A stretch of DNA of 64,000 nt, taken from the NCBI GenBank assembly GCA_002269645.1, contig NIVC01000040.1, forward strand, positions 992,001-1,056,000. The letters run 5' to 3'. Below are positions 25,102 through 37,040 of this stretch, one piece after another. The DNA is from Macrostomum lignano (lineage: Eukaryota). Position 1 is the stretch's first letter. Every line of letters begins with the position of its first letter. The notes beneath the pieces are model-generated. The model was given only the letters and a program-made list of their open reading frames with translations, was not told the DNA's origin and did no database searches. The position numbers were made by a program, and so were the translations under genes.

Positions 25102-27579
25102 TCAGCCAATAAAACCTGGAGCGCTTCGTTCGAGCCGCCGTTGCTGCTCCCGCAGCAGGTATTGGATTGTGGCTTCGTCCATGGGGATGTACTCGCCGAA
25201 TGTGGGAATTCCTGAAAACGAAGAGGACAATCGCTTCTTGTAGGTGGGCATCATTTTTAATTCTTCTACGTCATAGTTCCCGTTGTCAGGGTAAAAGACG
25301 TCAGCGTCGGTCTCCTGTTGACGAACTGAAAAGGCCTCGGTTGTCGGCAGTTGAAGGCAGTGAAGTGTCGCGACGACCAGCAGCAGTGCTGCGGCGAATG
25401 GCGCTGCCGGGGGGTTGTAAGCATGGATAGGAGCATTGGCTATTTTGACCAATAAGTTAATAATTAATTAAAGATACGTGGATGAGGAGTAAGGTTAATG
25501 TGGAGTGGGGGTGGCCGCGGAGTGAGGTGGCTGTTGAGTGAGGTGGCTGCGGAGTGAGGTGGCTGCAGAGTGGGGTTAGCCGCGGAGTGGGGTGGCTGTG
25601 GAGTGGAGTGGCTGCGGAGTGAGGTGGCTGCGGAGTGAGGTGGCTGCGGAGTGAGGTGGCTGCGGAGTGGAGTGGCTGCGGAGTGGGGTTGGCCGCGGAG
25701 CGGGGTGGCTGCGGAGTGGGGTTGGCCGCGGAGCGGGGTGGCTGCGGAGTGGGGTGGCTGCGGAGCGGGGCTGCGGGTGGCCGCGGAGCGGGGTGGCTGC
25801 GGAGTGAGGTGGTTGTGGAGTGGGGCCGGCCGCGAAGCCGGGTGGCTGCGGAGAAAATTGGGTGATGGAGCGCGAACGATTGAAACTAAGGTATATTTGA
25901 GCTCTACTGGTAGATTGAGAGAATTAATTATTGATGATCCTTGATATGGATAAAAAAGTAGATTTTGGCTGGCTCACTTCTTTTACTCTCAGGCTTACTA
26001 GTAGACAATTCTCTAGTTACGCTCTAGAGCTGTGAAATATTTTGCCTGAATTTATCACCTAGCAAAGCAATCAGTCAACCTGGCGCTTGCGCTACCAGCG
26101 TATTTGTCATTAACCTCGCTCACGATCGCTCAGAATGCAATCGGGCAAAAAATGTAGTATGAAGGGAATTGAAAAATATATATATTTTACTATATTTGTA
26201 ATACGAGCTGCAAGGTAAAAATTTGTATTCACACAGAATTTTAAAATAAATCTTAATGTTAAGCCAGAAAGGCGCTCAGTGAGAGGCCAGAGAGGCACTC
26301 AGTGAGAGGCCAGAGAGGCACTCAGTGAGAGGCCAGAGAGGCACTCAGTGAGAGGCCATAGAGACACTCAGTGAGATGCCATAGAGACACTCAGTGAGAG
26401 GCCATAGAGACACTCAGTGAGATGCCATAGAGACACTCAGTGAGAGGCCAGAGAGGCACTCAGTGAGAGGCCATAGAGACACTCAGTGAGAGGCCAGAGA
26501 GACACTCAGTGAGAGGCCAGAGAGACACTCAGTGAGAGGCCAGAGAGACACTCAGTGAGAGGCCAGAGAGGCACTCAGTGAGATGCCATAGAGGCATTCA
26601 GTGAGAGGCCATAGAGGCACTCAGTGAGATGCCATAGAGACACTCAGTGAGAGGCCATAGAGGCACTCAGTGAGATGCCATAGAGGCACTCAGTGAGAGG
26701 CCATAGAGACACTCAGTGAGAGGCCATAGAGACACTCAGTGAGAGGCCATAGAGACACTCAGTGAGATGCCATAGAGACACTCAGTGAGAGGCCATAGAG
26801 GCACTCAGTGAGAGGCCATAGAGACACTCAGTGAGAGGCCATAGAGACACTCAGTGAGAGGCCAGAGAGGCAACTCAGCGAGAGAGTAAAACTATTGCCC
26901 TCAATTGACCCCGGTGCTGAAATGCAGCCTCATCAATGTCAACGCCAATCACATTAACAATTTCGTAGAGACGGCGGACAAGTCAACATCAGTTTTATAC
27001 GAATTGGTTCTGGCAATAAAAAGTGATGCTGTGACTCTTCAGGGAGCCTGGGGGGGGGGCAGTTGTCAGCGCGGTCAGCTGCCCACGCACAGAAATTCAG
27101 CAAATTTGGTCACACAGGGCTTGTTGCCTTTTCAACGATAAGAGCAGTGTCTATTTCTGCTGAATTAAATAAATACTGATTAACTGACTGAAGTGTATTC
27201 TCATCTGATAGATTCAATATACGCTTTTATGCTACTTTCTTGATGAGGAAACCTCAGTGGAGAAGAAAAACATGATTGAGATTAGCGGTGGATTAGAAAA
27301 GATTATAGAAGAATAAGGAAATTGAAAAAAAGTTAAAAAATATAACGCTTTGACAAGGAAAGCAGGAGGGGTTCACAAATCCCAGACAGACAGACAGTTA
27401 GGCAGACAGACATACACTAAGACAGACATACACTAAGACAGACAAACAGACAGACATACACTAAGACAGACAGACAGACAGACAGACATACACTAAGACA
27501 GACATACACTAAGACAGACAAACAGACAGACATACACTAAGACAGACAGACAGACAGACATACACTAAGACAGACAGAA

Positions 27580-27620
<41 letters not shown>

Positions 27621-27667
27621 TACACTAAGACAGACAGACAGACAGACATACACTAAGACAGACAGAA

Positions 27668-27728
<61 letters not shown>

Positions 27729-27757
27729 CACAGACAGACAGACAGACAGACAGACAC

Positions 27758-27804
<47 letters not shown>

Positions 27805-27851
27805 CTAAGACAGACACTAAGACAGACTGACAGACAGACAGACAGACAGAT

Positions 27852-27890
<39 letters not shown>

Positions 27891-27927
27891 CTAAGACAGA
27901 CACTAAGACAGACAGACAGACAGACAC

Positions 27928-27966
<39 letters not shown>

Positions 27967-28100
27967 CTAAGACAGACAGACAGACAGACAGACAGACACA
28001 CAGACAGACAGACAGACAAACAGACACTAAGACAGACACTAAGACAGACTGACAGACACGTACTGAACTCACCGCACGATTGCCGTAACCCAAATCTCAT
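25102..28100 (-). CDS. Putative neuropeptide/prohormone precursor, ~121 aa, 2 coding exons
   Basis: Exon 28100-28073 (MRFGLRQSC+g, donor GTGAGT) joins in phase 1 to exon 25439-25102. Hydrophobic signal-like stretch ([14 protein letters not shown]...TEA), acidic spacer, KKR cleavage site, terminal Gly before the stop, AATAAA about 75 nt downstream. The start exon is inferred from phase only. Confidence 0.65.
25495..25850. repeat. G-rich ~16-bp minisatellite
   Basis: Unit gtggctgcggagtg(a/g)g. Confidence 0.9.
26278..26878. repeat. 23-bp minisatellite
   Basis: Unit cactcagtgagaggcca(g/t)agag(g/a). Confidence 0.95.
27383..28058. repeat. (CAGA)n microsatellite
   Basis: Directly visible, with cactaa interruptions. 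Confidence 0.95.
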
Positions 28101-28795
28101 TGGCAAGCAGCAGAGTTATTAATTTCAACGGTTCTGCAGTTTGTGAGGCCACCTTTCCTAGCCAATCGCTCCCAATTTCTGCAAGCAAAGCAGACGCTGC
28201 TGCAGGCGGCCAATGCTGCTTATATAAAGTACAATCATTATTCAGCAAATTTTTTGGTCCGCAGCCAATGGCGGTTCGATAGCCAATCAAGCTGGGCTTG
28301 CAGGTGAATTTCATAATTTCATAATATCGTCTTACCGGAGGCTTAGCAGTGGTTGCTATTGGCAACAAACGAGCTGTCCCACCTTCTCCGTGTCTGCAGC
28401 ATATGATAGATGTCTTTGTAAATTGATTTGATGTTAAGATGGCGGTGGCAGTGGATACTGTACAGTATAATGTTTTAAAAAGTCGAAAAAATCATTGCAA
28501 AAATACTGAAAGCAAATTCTGAAGCTGACGGAAACAGCCGATAAAAACAACAAAAAAACAAAAACAGCAAAAATAGGTAAAAAAACCACCATGGCCAAAA
28601 GCAACAGCAACAACAACAGGAACAATCCCAGTGACAAAACAGCAACAACAACAGGAAAAATCCCATTGACAAAACAACAACAACAACAGGAACAATTCCA
28701 GTGACAAAACAACAACAACAACAGGAACAATCCCAGTGACAAAACAACAACAACAACAACAACAACAACAGCAACAATCCCAATGACAAAACAAT

Positions 28796-28833
<38 letters not shown>

Positions 28834-28993
28834 AAACAACAACAACAGCAACAATCCCAATGACAAAACAATAACAACAGCAACAGCAACAACAACAACA
28901 ACAAAAACAACAATCCCAATGACAAAACAACAACAACAACAACAACAAACATCAAGTATCAACAAATATCACAAATATCAACAACAACAACAG

Positions 28994-29640
28994 CTTGACC
29001 TTGTCGAAGAACAGAGATCTAACAGCGCTCTCATCTTGACCGACAGTAAGTCCGCCGTCGTGGCCACTGCAAATGAGAGTCACCAGAACCGGGAGCCAAT
29101 TCAGATTGGTCGGCAGACTCAGGAAGGCGAGCGAGTGGTGTAGCATCTCGATACAATGGATCCCCGCCCACTGTGGCATCAAGAGTAATGAGAGGGCTGA
29201 CGAGCCGGCTAAGCAGGCCGCGCAGTTGCCCCAAGGGCAGACGGCTGTCGAGGACGAGGCGTTGCTCAGGCACTTGAAGCACCGGTGGAGGCCCAGCATA
29301 AATGACGCCCGTCTGAGATCAGTGTACGGAGGTGCGATCGAACGCGTCGACTGTGGCAGAAAAGTGGCTACCATCTTATCGCAGCTTTGATCGGGCCACT
29401 GCAAGCTCGCCAAGTATTGGAGACAGAAGGTGGGTCTGGAAGGCGAAGGTGTTTGCGAGGTATGCAGAGAAATGGAAGATAAAGATCACTGGTGGAAGCG
29501 CGCGTTGGGATGGTCTCCGTGAGCGTATCGGTTTGATGGAGTTGGAAGACCTCAGGAAGGAGAACATGGTTCCTAAGAGGTTCCTAAGGGCGGCCCACCC
29601 GCAGTGGATTGCCTGATGGTACGGGGCCGAGGACACACAC
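28994..29640 (+). mobile_element. 5'-truncated LINE 3' fragment (RNase H C-half plus zinc knuckle), different family
   Basis: LILTDSKSAV, QWIPAHCGIKSNERAD, QL*SGHC, CEVC...DH; frameshifts and a stop; ends directly in CAA repeats. Confidence 0.85.
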
Positions 29641-29879
29641 AACAACAACAGCAACAACAATCCTAATGACAAAAAATAACAAAACAATAACAACAGCAAA
29701 AATTCCATTGATTAAACAACAACAGCCCCATTGATAAATCAACAACAACAGCAAAAATTCCATTGATTAAACAACAACAACAACAACAACATCAGCAACA
29801 ATCTCAATGACAAAACAACAACAACAACAACAGCAACAATCTCAATGACAAAACAACAACAACAACAACAGCAACAATT

Positions 29880-30440
29880 CCGGGCAGCCGCCGCCGAGGC
29901 CGGCATTGCGTGAGCCCGCGAGTGCTCCGTCATCGCCTGGACGGACGGCTCCGCTGAGGAGGGTACCAGCAACGGGGGCGGCGCCGCCGTCATCGAGTTC
30001 AGGGACGGTCGCCCCGCGGTCACCGTCCGCGCCGCGGCCGGTGCTCTGTGCAGCAGCTTCCAGGCCGAACTTGTCACGATCCAGACCGCCCTGTCCTACT
30101 GCCTCCGTGAGGGCCCGGCCCTGCCCCGCAGCATGGCGGTTCTCACTGACAGCCTCATTGCTCTGACCGCCCTGGAGCAGGGGCCCGCCCGCCAGTCTAC
30201 CGCTACCGGTGCGACCTGCTGGCAGCTCATCGCCGGCTCCTCCGGCCGCACTGATTTTCTTTTCTGCTGGTCCCCGGGCACGCCGGCATCGATGGCAACA
30301 CCGCCGCGGGCCTTGCGGCCGCCGAAGCCGCCACTCTCGCGCAAGCGCACAACAGCAACAATCCTATCGTGCACGTGCCTATCAGCATTAGCTCGGCCCG
30401 CGCCGCCATCCGCCGCGATCGCCGCGTCCTCGACGCCCGC
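29880..30440 (+). mobile_element. Third LINE RNase H fragment abutting the 5' end of the large LINE
   Basis: WTDGSAEEGTSNGGGAA, AAGALCSSFQAEL, VLTDSL, then after a 1-bp frameshift PGHAGIDGN..A.LAAAEAATL; TGA at 29911-29913. Confidence 0.8.
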
Positions 30441-33400
30441 ATTCTCGGCCCACAACGAAACGCACCGCGGACGGAAAGAAGGACCTGCCAATAACAAGGG
30501 CCTCAAGGTCCTGCAATGGAATGCGGACGGCATCCGAAACAAAATGGGAGAACTGGAGGAGCTGGTCCAACGCCTCAAAGTTGATGTTGTCATGATCCAA
30601 GAATCTAAGCTTGACCCCGTCTACCGCACGCCAAAGATCCCCGGCTTTACCACCGTGAGAAAAGACCGACGAACGCTACGTTCCAGCGAGATGTACAAGG
30701 GAGGAGGCCTCCTCACGTTCATCCGCCAAGAAACCCCCTTCCGGCGGCTCAAAGGCTGGAGTGGGGGCACGGTGAAAGGCTGCCGCATCGTGATCAACCT
30801 TAGCGCCAAACAGCGTCTCGTGCTCACTAACATCTACCGGCCGCCCATCAGGCGCAGTGCTGGCGCCGACTGCCGGGAGCACCCGGACATCGATCTCTGG
30901 CTGAAGCCGCACCAGTGCGAGATTATTGCTGGCGACTTTAATATCCATCACACGACCTGGGGTAGTCTGCCTGGCCAGGGGCCCGAGGGCGCCGAACAAG
31001 CCAAAGCCCTGCTGGAGTGGTGTGACAGTAATGGGTATTGTGTCCTCAACTCGGGCTCCCTCAACCTGTCTCGATCGCCGCGACGGTGGAGAGAGTGCCC
31101 CCGACATCAGCCTCGCTAGCGCTTGGCCTCGACGACCTCTGCTCGTGGAGGCCCTTGACGAACTGGGCTCTGACCACAAACCCATTCTCATCACTGTGGA
31201 TGGCGACCGCGCTAGCACCGACCAGAAGATTTGTCTCGCCTGGGCCTGGCAGAAAGCTGACTGGAACAGCTACCAGGCCCAGCTCGAAGACGATAGCAAT
31301 GAGCTCAACAAAGGCACTGTCAAGCAGCAAATCCAACGCCTCTGCTTTCGTATGAGTAAGGCGGCCAAAGCTTGCATTCCCATGAAGCGCGTCTCCTCCA
31401 AAAACAAGCCCTACTGGGATTCGGAGCTCTCTAGTCTTCGGGACGAAAGAAACAGACTCAGATTCTGTCATGAGTCTGAGTTCAGACAGACTCAGAAACA
31501 GATTCAGACTCACTCAGGTGACCCGGACGAGTGGAAGCGCAAGAATGCCGAGCTCAACAGGGCCTGCGCGGAGAAAAAAGCCGCCTTCTGGCAGGAATTT
31601 GTGCAGGACCTGTCTAGTTCCTCTGACATCAAAAAAGTGTGGCGTACCATTAAAACCCTAAGTGCTGGAGAGCAACCGACCGCGAAGAACGAAATCCTAG
31701 TGGCGGACGGAAAGGAGTGCAGCTCGGATCGCGACAAAGCAAATGCTTTTGGCCGACACTACGCCAAGATCAGCACCCTCAAGCATGACGCCGCTGACCG
31801 CGCCTTCAAAGTTAGCACTGCGAAGCGTTTGAATAAGTATCCCACGGGGACCTCCGAGTACGATTGCGCCCTCACCATGGGAGAACTCAAACGAGTCATC
31901 TCACACCCCGACGTCACCAAAAAAGCCGGCCCCGACGGCATCGAAGCGGCTTTCTTCAGACACCTGCCGGACTCGTGGCTCACGGCCTGGCTCACGGTCT
32001 TTAATCGGTGCTGGTCCCTAGGGCACTGCCCGGGAGTCTGGAAGAAGGCGGTTATCGTCCCACTTTTGAAAAAGGGCAAAGACTCAGCCAACTGCAGCAG
32101 CTTCCGGCCTGTTAGTCTCACTTCCATCTGTGTTAAAATCATGGAGCGCATTGTGATGGACCGGCTCATGCACTGGATCGAACTCAACAACACGCTGCAA
32201 CCGTGGCAAGCTGGTTTTCAGAGAGGGCGTAGCTGCGAAGAACAAGTGGCGCGTCTGGTCCAGGAAATCCAAGACCACTGGGAACAACGCCCGCCTCGCA
32301 AACGATCGCTGTCACCCTTGACTGCTACCGCGCCTTCGACCGGGTCTGGCGTACCCGCCTCCTTGCCCGTCTCATGGATGAGGGAGTCCCGGGTCGCATG
32401 GTGCACTGGTTTGCCAGCTTCCTGGAGGGGCGCCAGATTGCCGTCCGCGTGGGCGATACGATTGGCAAATGGAGGCCGCTTAAGGAGGGGGTGCCGCAGG
32501 GGGCAGTGTGCTCGCCGGTGCTCTTCTTCCTGTACATCAATGACTGGGCGGACTCCCTGGTCCCAGATGTCAACTACGCCGGCTTTGCTGACGACCTGGG
32601 CGTCTGGGCCTCGGGCAACAACATCCAGCAGATTGCGGAGCGCCTTCAACTGGCCATCGATCGCATCGACGCCTGGGCCACAGATCTCCGTATCGATCTC
32701 AATCCCCTCAAAACTGAATGCTGTATCTTCTCGAGAGACCGCAGGGACCGCGACCGTACCCTCAACCTGTGCATCCGAGGCCAGCAACTCCCAACCAGGC
32801 AGGAGCTGCTCTACCTGGGTGTCTGGATCGACAGCGGCCTGCTCTTCAAGCGGCAGTCCGACGAAGTTGCCGCCAAACTGCGCCGTCGTTGTGCTGTCCT
32901 GCGTGCACTGTCGCATCGCGAATGGGGGTGGGACCGCGCCACGCTTAGGACGGTGTATAAAGCCGTGGTGGAGTCTGTGGTTTGGCATGCGGCTGCAGCC
33001 TGGATGCCCTGGCTCTCCCAGACTCGCCTCAATGACCTGGACAGAGCCCAAAAAGTGGCTCTGAGACTTGTCTCTGGTCTACCAAGCTCGACTCTTAGCG
33101 TGGCCATCTACCGTGAGGCCGATTGTGTGCCCATCAGCCTGGAGGCCAAACGACGAGCGCTGGTCGCCGTCGAAAAGGCGCTCCGGCGGCCCGAGGCGGA
33201 CCCCTGGAGGTCCAGGTGTGAACTCAGGACCCCCACCCGGCTCAAAGCCAACCGTGGCCTCCGCGAACAAGCTCACTCAGTGCTCAACGAGATCCTCCCA
33301 CACAGCCGTCTCCCGGAAGCCTGGGTCAGAGCCCACGCTCAGCGGCTCGGACCGGCTGAGGCTCTATCCGTAACTGGTGAGACCGCTCCGTAAATCCGAC

Positions 33401-34527
33401 AGTCAGATCACCCGCGATCCGATCATCGCCGACACCTTCCGAGAACGCCTGCCCAGTACCTGCTACTTCACGGACGGCTCCGCTTCGGGTGGCACCGCCA
33501 ACGGCGGCGCCGCCTGGATCCTGTTTGACCAGGGGCCTTTTCATATTACCAATTCCAGAACCAGAATCGGTTCGGAATTCCAAGAAAAACAGCAGTATAA
33601 CTATTTAACTCTGTTAATATTTGACTGCCTTAACAACCTAACTTAGCACAATTTTTCACTTTCTTCTTGGCGATTGTCATTCAATAATAAAAACTTTATA
33701 GCACGTATCTCCCTCTAGTTATGGAGACAAAAAGTTATACTTCACAAATTGGTTCTGGTTCTGGAACCAGAACAAGCAATATGAAAAGGCCCCAGGAGAC
33801 GGGCAAGATCATCCGGGGCGGCCACTCTGCAGCGGGCAGATGGTGCAGCTCCTTCGAAACCGAGCTCCGCGCGCTCCGAGATGCCGTCGTGGATGTCATC
33901 CAGCAGGACGTTGACACCACCGCCCTCCTCACCGATAGCCAGGCGGCCGTCAGAGCTCTGATAGCCGACCGGCCCACCACTAACGCGCTACTCGAAGACC
34001 TGAAGGCCCTTCTTCGGCAAGCAGCCGGCCGTTGCGTTCTCACGATCCAGTGGATTCCCGGCCATGCTGGCGTGGCTGGTAACGAGTTCGTCGATCGCGA
34101 GGCCAAAGCCGCAGCTCTTCTGGATCAAGCCCAAGTGGCCATCTCGCTCGAAGCAGCCAAGCGGTTTATCTACCGCCGTCTCGAGTACCTTCCGGACCTG
34201 ACCGGCCATCTGAAGGAGACTTACCAAGGACGCATCACGCACCATAACGGCAGCCGGCGTGAGCAAGTCCTTGTTGCGCAGGTGAGAGCTGGACACTGCC
34301 CCTCCTCGGCCTATTACGCTAAGCGCGTCGGCAAAGCTCAGCTGGCCGAGTGCAGGCTTTGCGGGCTCGAGGTAGACCAATTCCACCTGGTCCACTGCCC
34401 TGCGATCGATCTCGCCCGAAGACAGAACAACATTTGCGATCTGAAAGACCTAGCCGATGGGAACCTGGTGGCGCGGCTCCTGGAGTGGATCGACTGGACC
34501 CCGCTCTAGGCGGCTGCACTCCGCACT
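30440..34527 (+). mobile_element. Non-LTR retrotransposon (I/Ingi-like group), APE-RT-RNase H-CCHC, inactivated
   Basis: APE (KVLQWNADG, MIQESK, IIAGDFNIHH, GSDHKPI), RT (RPVSLTS, QAGFQRGRSC, GVPQGAVCSP, FADD), RNase H (YFTDGS, SSFETEL, LLTDSQ, QWIPGHAGVAGNEFVD), CRLC-x7-H-x3-C knuckle, stop 34509, 18-nt 3' UTR, then (CAA)n. Frameshifts near 31065, 32310 and 33340 and a MITE insertion. The 5' boundary and clade are approximate. Confidence 0.92.
33533..33792. mobile_element. 260-bp MITE, PIF/Harbinger-type
   Basis: Perfect 15-bp TIRs GGGCCTTTTCATATT / AATATGAAAAGGCCC, CAG duplicated at 33530-33532 and 33793-33795 in a CCAGG target. Removing it restores the RNase H frame (ILFDQETGKIIRGG). AT-rich interior, no ORF. 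Confidence 0.88.
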
Positions 34528-35479
34528 CAACAACAACAACAACAACAACAACAGCAACAATCCTAATGACAAAACAACAGCAACAACAACGACAACAGCA
34601 ACAATCCGAATGACAAAACAACAACAACAACAACAACAGCAACAATCCCAATGACAAAACAACAACAACAACAACAACAACAGCAACAATCGCAATGAGA
34701 ACAAACTGCAACAAATAATCAACAATATAAAATTTGGACAATCTATAAAAGCACGGGCTGAAAGCTCTTACTCATGCTACTATCAATAGGAAGTTAGTCC
34801 AGCTTTCACGGAAATCTGGAGTTTCCAATAGCCTATCCGGGAAAAGATATAAATTCTATAAATATTCATCATTCTATCAGCTATAAAAAAGTGCGAACTG
34901 ACTGACCCAACCACAGGCAGATCCCTAACCTCAAAGTTTCAGGCGAATCTAAAAAATTTCTCCAACCCCCTGTGTCTCTGCGTGTGGGCTCTCCTCATTC
35001 TCTCATCCCACTGGCACATTTGTCTCACTCATGGATGGAGACCCTCGACTGTCACCAGAGGCTGGGGGAGGGCTGTGCTTCAAGCTCTCTTATGCTCTCC
35101 CCTAGGGATATAGTGGAGCAGCAGTGGAGAAAAAAATTAAAGAGAAATTCTAGGAAATGAAGGCTCTTTGGAAGCGCCACTGTGGCACACACAGGGTGAG
35201 CCATGGCTATGACGGCAATGACTGTGATGAGATTTCAGAGACGGACAAAGATTGCGAGTCTCTACGGGCCTCATCTATTTGCAGAATAATACTATATCTA
35301 CAGATTTTATATTGGTGTTGTACATGTATATGAGAGGGCGATAGAATGTTTGTCATACAGATGTGTGCCTGCCACATGAACTATTCATCACACAACATCG
35401 CAAAACAAAATCTATTATCTAAGTCGACTCTAGAGGCTCTGATGTTCTTTTTCTTGGTAAATCCCAGTTTCTTGTTCCA

Positions 35480-36185
35480 CCCTCTCTCCCCTGTCCAATC
35501 TCTCTCCACCCACCTCTCTCCCCTGTCTAATCTCTCTCTCTACCCACCTCTCTCCCCTGTCTAATCTCTCTCTCTACCCACCTCTCTCCCCTGTCGAATC
35601 TCTCTCTCCACCCACCTCTCTCCCCTGTCTAATCTCTCTCCACCCACCTCTCTCCCCTGTCTAATCTCTCTCTCTACCCACCTCTCTCCCCTGTCTAATC
35701 TCTCTCTCCACCCACCTCTCTCCCCTGTCTAATCTCTCTCTCTACCCACCTCTCTCCCCTGTCTAGTCTCTCTCTATCAACCTCTCTCCTCTGTCTAGTC
35801 TCTCTCTATCAATCTCTCTCCTCTGTCTAGTCTCTCTCTATCCATCTCTCTCCTCTGTCTAGTCTCTCTCTATCCATCTCTCTCCTCTGTCTAGTCTCTC
35901 TCTATCCATCTCTCTCCTCTGTCTAGTCTCTCTCTATCCATCTCTCTCCTCTGTCTAGTCGCTCTCTATCCATTTCTCTCCCCTGTCTAGTCTATCTATC
36001 TATCTACTCAGCTCTCCCCTGTCTAGTCTCTCTCTATCTACCCATCTCTCTCCCTTGTCTAGTCTCTCTCTATCTACCCATCTCTCTCCCCTGTCTAGTC
36101 TCTCTCTATCCATCTCTCTCCTCTGTCTAGTCTCTCTCTTTATCCGTCTCTCTCCCCTGTCTAGTGTCTCTCTATCTATCCATCT
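35480..36185. repeat. CT-rich ~30-34-bp minisatellite
   Basis: ctctctcccctgtctaatctctctct units. Confidence 0.9.
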
Positions 36186-36594
36186 CTGCAATTGCGGCGC
36201 TACGAGTATATGTCTATTAGATAGAGGAACCCATAGCACTGATATACCGTATCTCCAGCTCAACTAAAAGTACATTCGCTACTCTCTCATTGGGTTAGCT
36301 GATTTTGGGATAGAGACGAGTTTTTAGGTGCACTGGGTTAAGCGGCCACAGCAGTTGCTGCTGCCCTGCCCTGACCGTCTGCTGGCTGTGTGGGCGATGT
36401 GAAAGGTTGAGAAGAGGTGACTGGACACGCGTCTGAGAGTGCTCCGCTACCTCCCCTGTTAGAGTCGCCAAAATCTTAGCACTCGATCAGAGATATCAGT
36501 TCAGTATTTATAAATCATCGCTTCGTGTCGATAAAAGAGCTGCTATCTTGTCTTTTTTATAATCTTTAAAGCATTCTGTTCCGGTTCTATCCCT

Positions 36595-37040
36595 TCTTTT
36601 TCAGATTTCTATCTTTCTATTTCTCAAATTTCTATCTTTCTATTTCTCAGATTTCTATTTTTCTACTTCTCAAATTTCTATCTTTCTGTTTCTCAGATTT
36701 CTCTCTTTCTATTTCTCAGATTTCTATTTTTCTACTTCTCAGATTTCTATCTTTCTGTTTCTCAGATTTCTATCTTTCTGTTTCTCAGATTTCTATCTTT
36801 CTGTTTCTCAGATTTCTATCTTTCTATTTCTCAGATTTCTATCTTTCTGTTTCTCAGATTTCTATCTTTCTGTTTCTCAGATTTCTATTTTTCTATTTCT
36901 CAGATTTCTATCTTTCTATTTCTCAGATTTCTATTTTTCTACTTCTCTCAAATTTCTATCTTTCTATTTCTCAGATTTCTATCTTTCTACTTTTCAGGTT
37001 TCGATTTTTCTATTTCTCAGATTTCTATTTTTCTATTTCT
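36595..37040. repeat. ~23-bp minisatellite
   Basis: Unit tttctcagatttctatctttct(a/g). Confidence 0.9.

Larger units (their letters stand above)
28540..34730. repeat. CAA-rich minisatellite in three pieces (28540-28993, 29641-29879, 34528-34730) split by LINEs
   Basis: Unit (caa)n-cagcaacaatcccaatgacaaaa occurs on both sides of each insertion. Confidence 0.92.

Noticed and set aside
28434-30077. Poly-Q, poly-C and poly-V ORFs
   Set aside because: Translations of the CAA-rich array.
30300-30520. 2A (DxExNPGP) peptide expected at the start of some Ingi-type LINEs
   Set aside because: No NPGP motif found upstream of the APE.
35361-35456. Plus-strand 96-nt open exon-like segment before a minisatellite
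   Set aside because: No partner exons or recognisable protein could be joined to it.
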